A stretch of 61,616 nt of DNA, the filler included. It is 15 parts of 15 records of this genome, joined end to end, with 100 filler letters (N's around TTAATTAATTAA, not from the genome) between each part and the next. Parts side by side here need not be neighbours in the genome. Positions count along the whole stretch, not along the records: positions 23,174 to 27,566 come from SRR15195285_16619; positions 27,667 to 33,464 come from SRR15195285_16666; positions 33,565 to 36,786 come from SRR15195285_16671; 12 more parts are not named here. One strand, written 5' to 3'. Below, piece by piece: positions 24,147 through 36,786 of this stretch. The notes beneath the pieces were generated by a model that saw only the letters and a list, made by a program, of their open reading frames with translations, was not told where the DNA came from and ran no database searches. The position numbers were made by a program, and so were the translations under genes. Each line of letters begins with the position of its first letter. The stretch's first letter is position 1.

Positions 24147-27100
24147 TCACCGCGCACTGTTGCCTAGGTCGACAAACGGCCCATAATGGCCATCGTAGCG
24201 CGTTCGATCACACGCCGCTGCCATAGGCCCCCCGCGATCCGGAACCCAGGCTGTCGCCTCGACCGCTTCGAGGCGTCTTCGAAGCTGGGTCACAATGCTT
24301 GGGTGTTGTGCGCTAATATCGGAATGCTCCGTCTCATCCGACATGACCTCGAACAGGCATCCGAGCGAACAATTTATGTGAAAGCTACGTTGGTCTGTGA
24401 TGAACAAAACGTGGGTGTCAGTCAGGTACGTCCTATGAGCACGATCTTTCTCTGGCAAGATTAGCTGACTGTTTGCCTGGAGCTCGGACCAATTTCGCCT
24501 GAGGAAGCATTCGGATAGCGTGGCCCACACCATGACGCAAACGGTACAGATCCTAGCAGTAGCTTGTACAGCTTTGGACCTGCTGTACCGGTGTCGTCTC
24601 CAGCCATGCTAGAGATAATCGCGCGAGGATTGGCGTCGCCATCCTTGGCTAACACGCCTCCGAGGATGATATCTGCCCGGGCACTTGTCGATGTCGTTCC
24701 AAGCAAGACCTTCGACTGGTCCACGGAGTCTATTGGAGGCAGACCGTACGCGGCCGCGCGACCGTCCGACGGGTCCACACCGGCAAGCGCGGCAAACGTC
24801 CCGTACCAGTCTGCTGTGGCAATGAGCGCGTGGCTGACCGTGCCGCGGACTCGCGCTGGTAACCATCCACCGGACACAAAGCTAGCAACACGAACACCAC
24901 CTGGAGCAAGAAGCATTATTTTGAGCAAGAAGCATTTAAAACAGAACTGCGAGCAGAAGTCCGGACCACGATCAAACAATATATTGACTCCGCAACGATG
25001 CACATGATCAATTTGGTACCGCAATAGGTTGATTACCGTGGTAAGACCAAACACAGACAAGTCGTTCTATTCAGCTTACCTTCTAGATTCGAGAACTTGC
25101 CTCCACGCCTAAACAGTTGAGTCAACACAAATGAACGATTAGGGTCGATCAGAGTTTGGTTTGGCTCCTCCCACAATACAACGTATGACATCACGACACA
25201 GGCCGTACAGTGGATAGTTCGAGGCAGCTCCACCAAAGTCCAGGCAAGTAGAGCGGTAGGGCTCGCGACCATTAGGTCCTGTCATCCCAGGCCGGACAGC
25301 CGAGGGGCATTGTGGGGCAGTGAGGTTGTGCCAGTTTTCTGCAGTATTGTCGTCTGTGCCAGCAGGTTGTCAGAATTCGAGGTCACAAATGAAAAGAAAT
25401 CGCGGATTTTTCGCACAGATCGGGCCACCATTATCGCTTTGTAAAACCTATGTGTCCCCACGCAACAGGGCCGATGGAATGAGAGTCGGTTCACAACACG
25501 TGAGTTGTAGATGGTGCAGCGCTACAACTGTCGCGGGGGCAGAAAGCGAGATGTGATCTCACCAGCAGGGTGTTATCCCACAGCAGGGTTGTTCTGAGAG
25601 TCGCTGTTAGATTAGCCACTACCTCGTCGAGCACTGATACCATCGCGGCGTACCCTTGCCCTGTAAGACTCAGGTCCGTCACACCTGTCCATAGCACCGC
25701 AGCACACGACAGTAGACTGAGATGTCGCCCAGCGACTTGGTATCGCCATTCAACTTTGAGCACGCCACCCTAATGTCTTATCGTCGGTCGCATCAGTGGC
25801 AAATTATTGCAGCGAGCAAAACTGGCTTACCCAAGAACCGATCAAGATTCGCTTGTGGAACCTCCATCGGCGTATGCACGGTATGGCTTGCATCTATCAC
25901 CAGCAAACAACGCGCCGTTAGGCCCTAGACTATCTCAACTGGTCGACTGACATATCTGTTTTGCAACGATATCCGTACAGTACAGGAACAGCGGACCGGC
26001 GACCCGGGCTGTCGCGTTGCTAGCATAGCTGCGCATAATACTCTGGGCCTTCTCGACAAACATCTGCTCCTGGTAGACGCCCGGCTGATGAGGCGGAGCA
26101 GGTCCCTCGTTGTTCCAGAGATCAATCATTGCGCCGTCGGGAGAGCACCGCGGATCCGTCTTTGATCCGACAGTCGAAGTCCAGTCTGAAACCAGTTGCA
26201 GCAGGCGATCCGCCTCAGAAACCATCTGCAATGAGTGTGAACCAGACTGGCGCGCCTCGTACAAGAGTTGCAATGATGGAAGTAGATCAGGGCTTGTTGA
26301 AATCCTGAACAGAGACCACCATCAAAACGTGAAGTGCAGTTAGAGAATCCAAAGTACTCAAGCAAACCTTGCCGCTGCCTTGCGGCTGCCTTCCCTCCCA
26401 AGTCGGAATTGGGAGCAGTCGCGGTTGCAGCGCCGCTCACCTCGACCGCTCGGAGTATGCCGAGGAGTTGCCATTCCAACTGTAGCGAATCATAACATTG
26501 TGTGATAGTGGCGGACTACGTCGGCAAGTTGGGGGACGCAAGAGGGACAGATGAGTGGTACCGTCCCACTTGCCAACGACCGCCGTGGTGTAGTTTCCTC
26601 TGGCCAGGACTTCACCAATGCCAGTCATGTTAGTCGCTATCCCCGCTCCTTCGCCAGTGCTGGGGTTGAATGAGGCCGGATCAGTGTTGAGAATGTTTAC
26701 GTGAATGGGCAGCCTGCCAGAGATGAAGGAACTTCTAGTTGGGCTGCAGCAGGCGTAGGAGTACACGCGCTCAAGAGCAACGCCTGCCGCCACTAAGCTG
26801 TCCATCGCTGGGGTTTGCACCTCGGGCACAGCCTGTGCGCCCTTGCGATGCCAACCGACGTTGCCATGTCCCAAATCATCCTGCAGGCCGGCAAATACGG
26901 ACGACGCGCACATGCCGTGACGTGTGCGGTGACCGACAGTGTCTCACTGACCGTGTAATCAGTCTTGAGTGCAGACCTGTGGCTAATAGTGGCTTGCATC
27001 ACACACGCATACTAGTACAGCCGGATCGATGGCGACAGGCGCGAGCGCTAGTGTGGCCAGCGACAACCTCGACGATCTGTCAATGCTGCTCGAGCTAGTG

Positions 27101-27266
27101 ACAGATGATGCGTGGTTCAACTGACCGCCATGACGAAGACGATGTTGGGACGACTCTTTGATGCTGGTGCCACGTCAGCAGCCGCCAGCAGGCACGACTG
27201 TGATACGGAAAGGGCCATGCATACGACCACTACAGCAGATCGCCGACGGCTGGCGACACTGACCAT
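24147..27266 (-). CDS. Secreted arylsulfatase (S1 family, ARSB-like), multi-exon
   Basis: Signal peptide; RPNIVFVMA|DDLG, CSPTRSSFISGR (CxPxR), VGKWD, YAAMVSVLDEVV, GGK..NLEGGVRV, DWYGTFAALAG. Confidence 0.92.
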
Positions 27267-27666
27267 CTCCACCACGCGCGCCCGGCGCGCGGCACGCACG
27301 CGCAGTGCAAATATTCAGAATATTCTGTATTAGTGTGGACGACATTAACATGCATTCATGCATTCATGCATGCCATCTCATGCGTACTAGATCTAGCTAG
27401 TATGCATGCGCGCGCTCGGCGCCCGACCCGCCGCGCTTGTGCGAGCGCGAGGACGCGCGCGTGCGCGCGCGAAAGCCCGAAAGGGCCGCGGACGCATTTC
27501 TCAAGGTCGTCGAGGACGCGCGAAGTCGTGTCAGAATGCATTCTGGGCAGTTCAGAATGCAGAATTNNNNNNNNNNNNNNNNNNNNNNNNNNNNNNNNNN
27601 NNNNNNNNNNTTAATTAATTAANNNNNNNNNNNNNNNNNNNNNNNNNNNNNNNNNNNNNNNNNNNN

Positions 27667-30600
27667 TATGCATCCCTCTCTTCCTGCCTCATCAACACTT
27701 GCTTTAGCAATGCAGAGCCGATTAGTATCTTTGGTAAGCTTGGATCGTTCTTGCGATTGGCATCGATCGCCTTCTGCCATCTTTTGATCAGCCACTCGTA
27801 CTTTCTTTCGTGCAGATCATGCAACAGGTCAACGGATGTAGGCACTATACATAAGCTCATCACATCTCCGGCTTTTGACATCGTGCAGACATCCGATCTG
27901 CTCTTACCATGCGCAGACAATCGGATATGAAACCTTGACGGCGATCCGTATTCTATGCTACCTTCACTGTGTCGCACCTCTTGTATCGTCTTCATACCCA
28001 CACTTTTATCTGGTAGATCGTCACATGCTGCCTGACTGGAGAAATCGTCAATGGCACTCTGTGCAGAATCGTGATCAGGGTCCAAGGCTAGGTTTTCGAC
28101 CCACTCAAGTTGCTGAATTTCCACCACTCCTTCGACGCTGACTGCAGGGCCGTCTAGCACACAGTTGTTGTCCCAGCAAAACCGCCAAGACGCATCCAAA
28201 TCGTTTAAACCGACGCTATCTGTTGGTCGGGTGGATGACCACGAAACTACTTCATTCTGGACTCGCGAGTGGCTGTGGAGATATGACAAAGTTGCGCTAG
28301 AGCGAGCGATGAGACGTCGCAAGTATTGTTCATACCGCTGCTTGGCGTTGCCACTGTTGGCCCCGTCTAAACTTGAGGGTGGGGCCATGTGACTCATACT
28401 GCGTCTCCGAAGCCAGGTTCGAAGAGGCCCTTGCTCATCAAATGCATTGCCGTGTGCCCAGAGAGATTCTTTGATGTTGTTTTTGCGTGCCCGTTCGCGC
28501 AGGCCAGCTAAATCTTCGTGCTCTAGCCACCGTTGCACACTTGCTCGCTGTTTTTCTTCAGCTGCCATTTGAGTATGGCGATGATGTGCCAACATGTGGA
28601 CCGATGTTCGAGGGTCATCCACCAAGCCATCAACTAGTCTTCCCATTTCTCTGAAGCCCAATGAAAGCATCGTCTGGCCCTGTTGCTGCTCGGTCTCAAT
28701 TCTTGAGTGCAACTCTCGCTTGTGTTTCTCCTCGACGCCAATGACGCGGACAACCCACTCCACTGCCTCTGCCACGCTCCATTCAAGCATCGCGTGGGCG
28801 GAGTCAGCACCAAAGGCCATAGCACCTTGCGCGCTCGCATCTTGTTTTGGCATTTCTGAAACCAGCGATGTGTAATGCTGTTCTTCGGCAAGCAGCTCAA
28901 TGATTCTTTCCTTTTCTATGTCGTCATCAGTCGCTGGTTCTGTTGAGATGCTAGCTAACATGACCTGTGAGCCTGTGTGCAGTTCTGCATGGCCACCGTT
29001 GATCAGGTCAGATGAGAAGTCTTCGGGTTCAACCTCCATGCTTATTCTGTACAATTCGTCACAGTATATCTCAATTGCAGGCTTGCTAAGCAGATCAGCC
29101 CATTCAGACAGGACATTCCAGCTATATCCCAAGACACTGAGCAGTCTGTTGTCGCTGCTAGCATCGATGTCACCAGGCTCTTCCGATCCTAGCTGCTCGT
29201 CCAGCTCTTCTGCCGCTTTTACACCAAAGACCTGTCTCTCAAGCATTCTGTGAAAGTGATATCTGATCACCTCCCTGTTTGACCCGTGCTGGCCTAGGAA
29301 CTCCAGCTTCTCAAGCCATTCCATCACCGACAACTCCGGAGCCTTCCACTCGCACCGCCATAGACTCTGGTCTAGCATTTCTTGGTCTTGCTTCAACGAT
29401 ACGGTAAGGTAGTTGCGCGATTGATCCTTGTGTATTACTTTCTGGCTGTCGTCCGTACCGACTGCACCATATGCTGCCGTGTGCTCACGCTTAGCTTCAT
29501 ACTTCTGATGTGCGTCCTGCGGATCCCCACGCAAATAGGTTCCTGTCGTGATATTTTTGATGAACACATCGACCGATCTCCATCCTTTGTCAAGGAAGAC
29601 CGTCGGCGAACTGCCGTCCAGACTTTCCTCGGCGACCCCGCAGCGCCGAGCGCGCTGCCTCAGCTCGTGTAAACTCAGCACGCGTAGTTCTTTTTCCAGT
29701 CTTGCGTTTTCTTCGTCCGTGTCCGCACCGAGTGTGATTAGAATCAACTCGGAGACTCTATCGCGTAGGTATTCGTCGACCACGTGAATCCTGTCAATGA
29801 TTTCCCAGTCAGGCGACATATTTCGTTTTCCGAAGAAGATCCCGCTTGCATCCAAGTGCATGTAAGCGCCTCGCTGATTGATGCCTACGGCGGTCCCAGA
29901 TGTTTGAATTGCGCGCCCGTACATGTGCACACGCAGACCACGTCCGTTCTGCTGAGAGATATTGGGCAGGAACCCTCTTGTGCAAACGAAATGCGAATGG
30001 TTGTTCAGGTATGCCTCGATCACGCTTGGCGTCACGGGCATGCTGCGAGGCGGCCCGTGCGAGGAGCCATACTTTTCCAATAACTTTCGCTCAGCGTCAT
30101 AACTGCGCTCGACTGCGTCAATGTCCATTGCAAAATTTGGCCCATCGTGCTCCGTGGTTCGAGATGATGACACCATCTTTCGCTCTTCCAAGTCCAAGCC
30201 GCTCACCAGTTCGACGGTCCGGAAGAGGCCCGTGTTTCGCGCGCCTGGCATGGGCACTTCGTGACGGATTGCGGCCAGCAATTTGCGTTTCAGCAAGTCT
30301 TCCTCATATAATTGTCTCTGTTCTGGTGCGTCTTCTGGTGCGTCTTCCTTTGACTGCAATCCGACGGCCTTAGCGAACCTGCGAAGACCAGGTATGTCTA
30401 GAGTCTTCTGCAATCGACTGAGCTCTTGCATGGTCACCACCGTGTCTCGCGCGCTCGTCGCGGCGCGAATTTTGTCTAACAGTTCAGCGTGCCGCTGGTC
30501 CCGCAAACGGTGCGATTCGGCATCTGCCTGCGATGACGCCAATTTCTGCTGCTCCATCAGCCATCGGAACTCCTCGTCCGCAGTCTCGACCGCCGACAGC

Positions 30601-31175
30601 TGATAGCTGGCCAGCATGTCCTCCCCGACCTCTCTGTCTCCTCCCCAGGCAGCCGCCAGGGCCCTGGTCTCAACTACAGACTGCTGCAAGAGCACTTGGC
30701 TGCTGAGAACCATGTTTGCCAGCTCGCTCTTGATCGCGTTGATGTGTTCCAGGCTGCTGCGCGACCCGTCGGGCTCGGAGTCGACGACATCGGCCACCAC
30801 GCGCCGCTCCGCCCCGGTCGAAACCGCCAGCTCTTGCAGGTCAGCCAGCTCGAAGTCCTCCCAGTCGCCGGAATCCGCGCAGCGCTGCAGCCGCTGCTCA
30901 AGGTATGGCTCAAGCGACAGATCTCGCCGGTTGCTAGGTTGCGGCGGCACGATGCTGAGCACTTTCCACTCCTCCGAGTCGGCCAGGCTTTCGGCCGCCT
31001 TGACGTACTCGCTGTGCAGCTGCTCGAGCAGCAAGGAGAGCAGCCTCTCGTACGGCGACTCCGGGTCATTGAGCGCGCCCCGTATCTTCGCGACCGGGAT
31101 GCCTGAGGCGACCGCCCTGTTCTGCAGCTCCGTCAGCGTTACCCTCTGAGGGGTCTCCCCTGGCGCAGCTTCCAT
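27667..31175 (-). CDS. Large hypothetical protein with repeated helical (HeH/SAP-like) motifs and a SAM-like segment; 3' partial
   Basis: About 1170 codons open without introns; recurring L..L..RA...G(I/V); MLEWSVAEAVEWV. Confidence 0.75.
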
Positions 31176-32350
31176 GCCCGCCGCACCTTGGGAGCCACCT
31201 GTCTGACCACTCTAAATGAGCTCTGTCTGAGCTACAGCCCTCGCTGCCGTTGCCGTTCGTCCCATACACAGCCTCTACAGGCTATCCACAGGAGCTCTCC
31301 GCCTGCTGCATACCAGCTACATACAGCTGCTGTCGAGAGAGAAGGGGATCGGGCGGGTGTCACAATTCGCTGCCCCGCGAAAACTTGTACAGCTGTACAC
31401 CCGCCCACGCGCCGGCGCGCGCGGCGTCCCGGCGGCGCCAATGGAGGCGTGAAGACGTCGTGAGCGTCGTCGTGATGTCTCCCTTATGTGTTGCTGTAGT
31501 ATGACAAGTCATGTGTACACATGTATCCTACGGGGGATCCTCCCTCTCTCTAGAGGTCTCTCTAGGTCTCTCCCAGCCCAGCCCCCCAGCCCAGCCCCCA
31601 GCCCCAGCTGCTCCTACGGCTCGCTGCCCTACACCGCGTACCGTGTGTACATGTAGGATTCCTACCAGGTACGGTACAGTACAGTACCGGAACTCGCAGA
31701 AACTACACTCCGGGATCCGGGTAAGCAGACTTGCACAATTCATATTGTAGATCGTGCACAGAATTCAGAATCGAAGGAGTATTGTGATTCCGCGGTACTT
31801 GAGTACGAGCGTGTACATGTAATAGTCTCCCTCTGCGGGCTCAGTTCTTGAGCTTCTTGAATTCGCCTGCGTCGCCGACGCCACGATGACGCATCGCACG
31901 CTTCGCCGCGGCGGGCTTCGCGCCGCACGGCCGTCTGCAGCTGCTGGTACAGCGTACACCCACGGGGAGACTCAGTCTCCCCGTGGCATTAATACACCCA
32001 ACACCGAGTATCTCATTGTGTACTATCATACATTACCAGAGCGTGAATCAACACGATCATCCCCGCGTTGGTTGGAAATTCAAAAACCCTCAAATTGGCG
32101 ACGACCCGCCGGCGCGGGCCATGCAGCATGCACCGGCTGTGCGACGTCACGGTGACGCCGCACTGTTCGTTCCCCTGACCCCCGCCGTCCGCGCCGTCGG
32201 TCTCGCATTAGAGCATATCCTCAGAGATACGTGTACGCTGTACGTGCTATACGCCGCACGTACGGCGTGTACACGCTCTCGGTTGCTAGTGGCTCGGTCC
32301 TGCTGTGGTTAGAAACGAATTGCTGACGGGCGAGTACGGTACTGTGTGAA

Positions 32351-33328
32351 ATGATGGGCCACACCCACTTCACAGCAGCACTGGTTGTTTGCGCAGCGGT
32401 TGGTGGTGAAAGCTCGCCGCCACAGCAAGGGTTGTTTGAGCCCAGATGCACAAGTGCCGACCAGCACGGCTGGCCACGCTTCGAGAACAGGACTTCTGTG
32501 GAACGCTCCAAGTGGGGGCGATATTTCACAGCGGTCTACGGGTCTCTGCCTACGTCCTACCCGGTCTGTGTCTACGACTTGTGGTCTATTGACCCAAGGG
32601 CCTACGATGCAGCTGGCCTTGCCGGTAGCCGCAAGATCAAGAAAGGCAGTGAGCTGAAACAGCTCGAAGAGGGTGATATGTACGTTGGGGCCGAAGGGTA
32701 CTCGATCTATCACAGCCAGTGGAAGCCGGTCCCGAACAACACATGGGTCGAGGTCGCACACGCCATATTCCCCACAGAAATCACCGGCGCGTGGGTATGG
32801 ACCCTGCGTGGCACGGGCATTTGGTACAATGTCGGGAAGACCATCGTGTTTCCCACCCCGGCGAATCCTGGTCAGGTTCACGAGGCGGCGATCGCATGGC
32901 TGAAGCAAGGGTGCTCGGTTGAAATCTCGAGTGAGTGGCCGCTGATGGAGAGCCAAATCTTCGGCAACTGTGCGCGTCAGAAGGGCTACAACTCCATTCA
33001 ATTCTCACCAGCGGTTGGGGAGCACCCAATGGGTACTTTCGGAATGACAGGGATGACTGAGATGGTGCTGGTCGACGTCGACGGCGACAAGGGCTGTGGC
33101 GTTCCGGACGCTGCCGCGACACCCCTTCGGACTGGCTGGGCCGCGAGCGAGCGCTGTAGTTGCAGCAATGATGATGAGATTGCGCCAGGCTGTGGCTTGA
33201 TGCCAAAACCGCCATTCCCTTACAGCATCATAGGGGAGAAGCCACCTCTGTGCGCATTGCGCGCTCATAACCGCAGCGCGAGCTGTGACCCACTAGCATG
33301 TGCGGGCTGGACGTGCAAGCGCGAGTGA
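32351..33328 (+). CDS. Secreted Cys-rich hypothetical protein (ART-like motif arrangement, tentative)
   Basis: 325-aa intronless ORF, N-terminal signal peptide, Cys-rich tail. Confidence 0.75.
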   Translation: MMGHTHFTAALVVCAAVGGESSPPQQGLFEPRCTSADQHGWPRFENRTSVERSKWGRYFTAVYGSLPTSYPVCVYDLWSIDPRAYDAAGLAGSRKIKKGSELKQLEEGDMYVGAEGYSIYHSQWKPVPNNTWVEVAHAIFPTEITGAWVWTLRGTGIWYNVGKTIVFPTPANPGQVHEAAIAWLKQGCSVEISSEWPLMESQIFGNCARQKGYNSIQFSPAVGEHPMGTFGMTGMTEMVLVDVDGDKGCGVPDAAATPLRTGWAASERCSCSNDDEIAPGCGLMPKPPFPYSIIGEKPPLCALRAHNRSASCDPLACAGWTCKRE

Positions 33329-34154
33329 GTCGATAGATTGGAGGCAGCCTAGCAACATGTATGGTTTCTGGCCCGGCACTTGCGGTAGTAAACTAGTGTG
33401 CGCAGTACTTCATTTGCGTGGTGAGGACTATCGTCTGCAATCGACTGCACCAGACAGGCGATTGNNNNNNNNNNNNNNNNNNNNNNNNNNNNNNNNNNNN
33501 NNNNNNNNTTAATTAATTAANNNNNNNNNNNNNNNNNNNNNNNNNNNNNNNNNNNNNNNNNNNNTCTCTCAGGAACCGTTTACGGCTTGCGCATAAAGTA
33601 TGTCCCGAGCCTTGGCCACCTCGTCGGCCAGTACAATATGCGTATGCGGGGTATGCGGAGAGTTCAGGAGCTTTACAAACATATTCACAAGACAATTGCG
33701 TTAAATTCACCAATCAACTAAAGGCCAATCGCGCAAGCAGATATTCAATGCGAGACTTATCAGCTGCTTTGACAATGCCACTCCTCGAGTTGGGCGCTAT
33801 CTCAGCCATCGCCGCCTAGCCCACGCGGCCTGCGCCCCCCCTACACCCGTATAGGGCGCCACAACTGCACGTACAGCGCCATCGCCAGCGAGCTACGAGC
33901 TGCAGACTGCGAGGTGCAATCGCGGTCGTTGGTGCGAGGCAGTGCGAGGACATTTCAGGTGATTTCGACTCTACCATACCGAGTACGGCTCTGCTAGCGG
34001 CCTAGCGCGCATGGTCGCCGGTGGACAGCTGGACACGCCGCCGGCGGCCGCGCGCGCGCGCGGCCGCTAGCGGGCCGCCGGCCCACGCATCGGCGCACGG
34101 CGGCCCGCGGGACGCGCCACCCCAACGGGACGAACGAACGTAAGGAATCTGTCC

Positions 34155-36678
34155 ATGCTGCTGGTCGCTGCGCTTATCTTGCTCGCTATGTTGCATACCT
34201 GCAGCGCTGCAGCACCATTGGTGGTGGCTGTGCTGCGGGACCACGCGATCCCGGAGCGTTTCGACGTGGGCGCACTCATCCATTCGCTGTCACTCGAGGC
34301 CGATCTGAACATCAGCGTCATTAGCACTGTGCAGCTGGCAGATGCAGCCGTGCTGTCGCCGACTCGAGTGCGCGTACTCGTAGTTCCGAATGCCCCCGCC
34401 CTCCCCGCGTCCGGGCTGGCAAATTACCAGGCGTTTGCGATGGGCGGTGGGTCGCTTGTGCTCCTGGGTGGTAAGCCAACAATAGTGCCGGTGCGGTGGG
34501 GAGACCCTGCGGCACACATCAATGTAATGGAGGACTACGACGCGCTGAAAATGGACAGCGTTCAATCGGTACACGCCACTCCGAACACGGTTATCCCGGT
34601 CTTTAATGCTAGCGGTGCTTGGGCAGGGCTATCTGCTGTCGGATGGGCTGTACCGCACAAAGCTGTGGTCACGCCTGTACTCCGTGCCACCACCACCTAT
34701 GGGCGGGATGCTGGGTGGGCAGCTTCGCTGGTGGGGAATTTCGGCGGGTGGGGGGCACAGTGCCAGCCTGAGCACCCTGCACCAGCGCGTGGATGCTTCG
34801 TGGGGTCAGCCTTTCTCGTCTTCGGAATCACTACACCCAGTTTCTACTCGCAACCACAATTCACGGCGGTGATGGGTCCTGCTGTCCGCCGGCTTGCGAC
34901 CTACTCACCGCGCGAGCCGGCTGCAGCGCCGCCTACCCCGCCATTTCCATCGAACCGACAGCCTATGCGACCGTTGGCCGTTGGGTGGAATAAGCGTGCC
35001 TTGGTGGTGGACGGCACCGGCGAAGCTTTCCATGTTATTGGAGTGAATTTTCCGCAGCAAAGTTGGGCGAACCCTCAGGTTGAGAACACTGTCACGCAAG
35101 CCTCGGTGCGAGCAGATGTTGACAAAGTTGTGCAGCTCGGCTTCAATACTGTGCGTCTGGCGTGCTGCTGGGGACCACATGGGTTTGTACCCCAGAGTGT
35201 TGAGCTGACCAACATAGTGATGGATGCTCTCGCGATCGAGCGCATGCGCGTTTTGTACACGCTTCCGGTGAGTTTCGTATGACCACTACTTGTTCGCTCC
35301 TTTGCACCGACTCAGAAACGATGTGTCGCTCTCTACTATGTAGCCATGCACATCGGAAATACAGTGTGGGAACTACTCGGCCGGCACACTGCGGGCCCTT
35401 CTGCCTCGCCATCGCGACGCGGTCTTTGCAATCGATGTGCGCAATGAGGTGGTCACCGAGAATTTGGCAGATTTTCGCTGCAAGAATGGCTCGACACTTG
35501 GCACAGCAGTCGGAGGGTGGGATCCATCGCTGTGGCAACGGTTTCGGGCTTGGGCAAACGTGTCGCGAGACTTTGACAACTTTCGGTACGTGAAGCACAG
35601 GTTAGACAAAGATCTTCCGTCGGAATACCGCAAGATCTGGACTGCGACAAATCGAATGTACGCGACGTTTCTGTCCTGGCTGATTCCGGTCGTGCGACGG
35701 GAGCTGCCTGGGGCGCTCGTCTGCTGTGGTACATTTGATGAGCTTGAGCTGCTACCTGCTGCATCTATGGCTGACTTTGCGTGCCATCACTCTTACCCCA
35801 CCGTTGCCGGCGTTGCTGGCCAATGCGACTGCGCACACGACGGCGGGGCCTGCCTGACAAGTCCATGCGGCGAACTGGAAACTGTACCGTTGTCTGAAAT
35901 TGCTTCGCTGCCTGGTTCGCTTGCCATCATCGACTCTGTATTTGCTGAAAATGATGCAGTGCGGCCGATCATCCACGCGGAAACTGGGATCAGCAATGGT
36001 CTCATGTTGAACGCTCACGAATTTGTAGATCTTCACACTAGCAGTGTTTGGGAGGCGATGCTGTACCTATCACCCATTGCTCGAGGGTTTGCAGGCACCA
36101 TCCGCTGGACCGTCAACGACTTCGAAGCATACTCATCTACAGCTAGTGCAATCATCCCCCCACCGGCGTGTATTACAGAGACACGTGACCAACGACTTGG
36201 GCTGTTTGGCTACGATGGAACTGCCTCTGGGTTTCGGAAACCTGTAGCACATGCGCTGAGCTTCATTGCAAGATGGCTTCAGGGTGTTGGCACTAATATC
36301 TTTGGCCCTTTCGGGTCGCTTGAGATTCGAAACGGGTCGACGCCAATTCATGCGGGTTACACATTTACTGCCGGAGGTGTCCTTTTTGTCGGGGACAGGC
36401 AATTTAGCTCGTCACAGTTGTCGTTCTCAGCGAATGCAGCGGCAACCAATGTGTTCATTTTGCACAACGCAAGCACCGTGCGCGCAATGGCATCCGCGGA
36501 CACACGTGCGCAGCTGCGAGTCATGATGCTGGCTACAAAACTTAATCCAGCCACGGCTCTTATTACTGGTCGCTCGGGTGGATGGAGTTGGGAGAAACTT
36601 ACGGGCGAGTGCGTCTTGCAGGTGCTTCTACTCGAAGGCGAAGAGTTCCTTGTCACAACGCCAGACGGAGAAGAGTAG
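34155..36678 (+). CDS. Secreted clan GH-A glycoside hydrolase (GH5/GH42-like TIM barrel) with N-terminal GATase1-like domain; intron 35268-35343
   Basis: Signal peptide; FHVIGVNF, DVDKVVQLGFNTVRL, AIDVRNE (acid/base), PIIHAETG (nucleophile); GTGAGT...TAG intron joins both ORFs in frame. Confidence 0.75.
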
Positions 36679-36759
36679 CACAAAATAATGTACTGCCATA
36701 AGTATGTTGGTGAGATGCCACCACTGCGCTTCCAGTACACGCCCTTCATGGTGCGACTG

Positions 36760-36786
36760 TGACACCGGGCATAAGGCCCTTATGCC
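36760..36786. repeat. Palindromic dispersed repeat, copy 2 (at contig edge)
   Basis: TGACACCGGGCATAAGGCCCTTATGCC. Confidence 0.85.

Noticed and set aside
25660-25830. Possible non-canonical intron in the sulfatase
   Set aside because: A single GTAAG...CAG intron restores the frame (RFLG-QGYAAMV)
1833-36678. Fucosidase + sulfatase + GH as a polysaccharide utilisation cluster
   Set aside because: They lie on different contigs; proximity in the window is artificial
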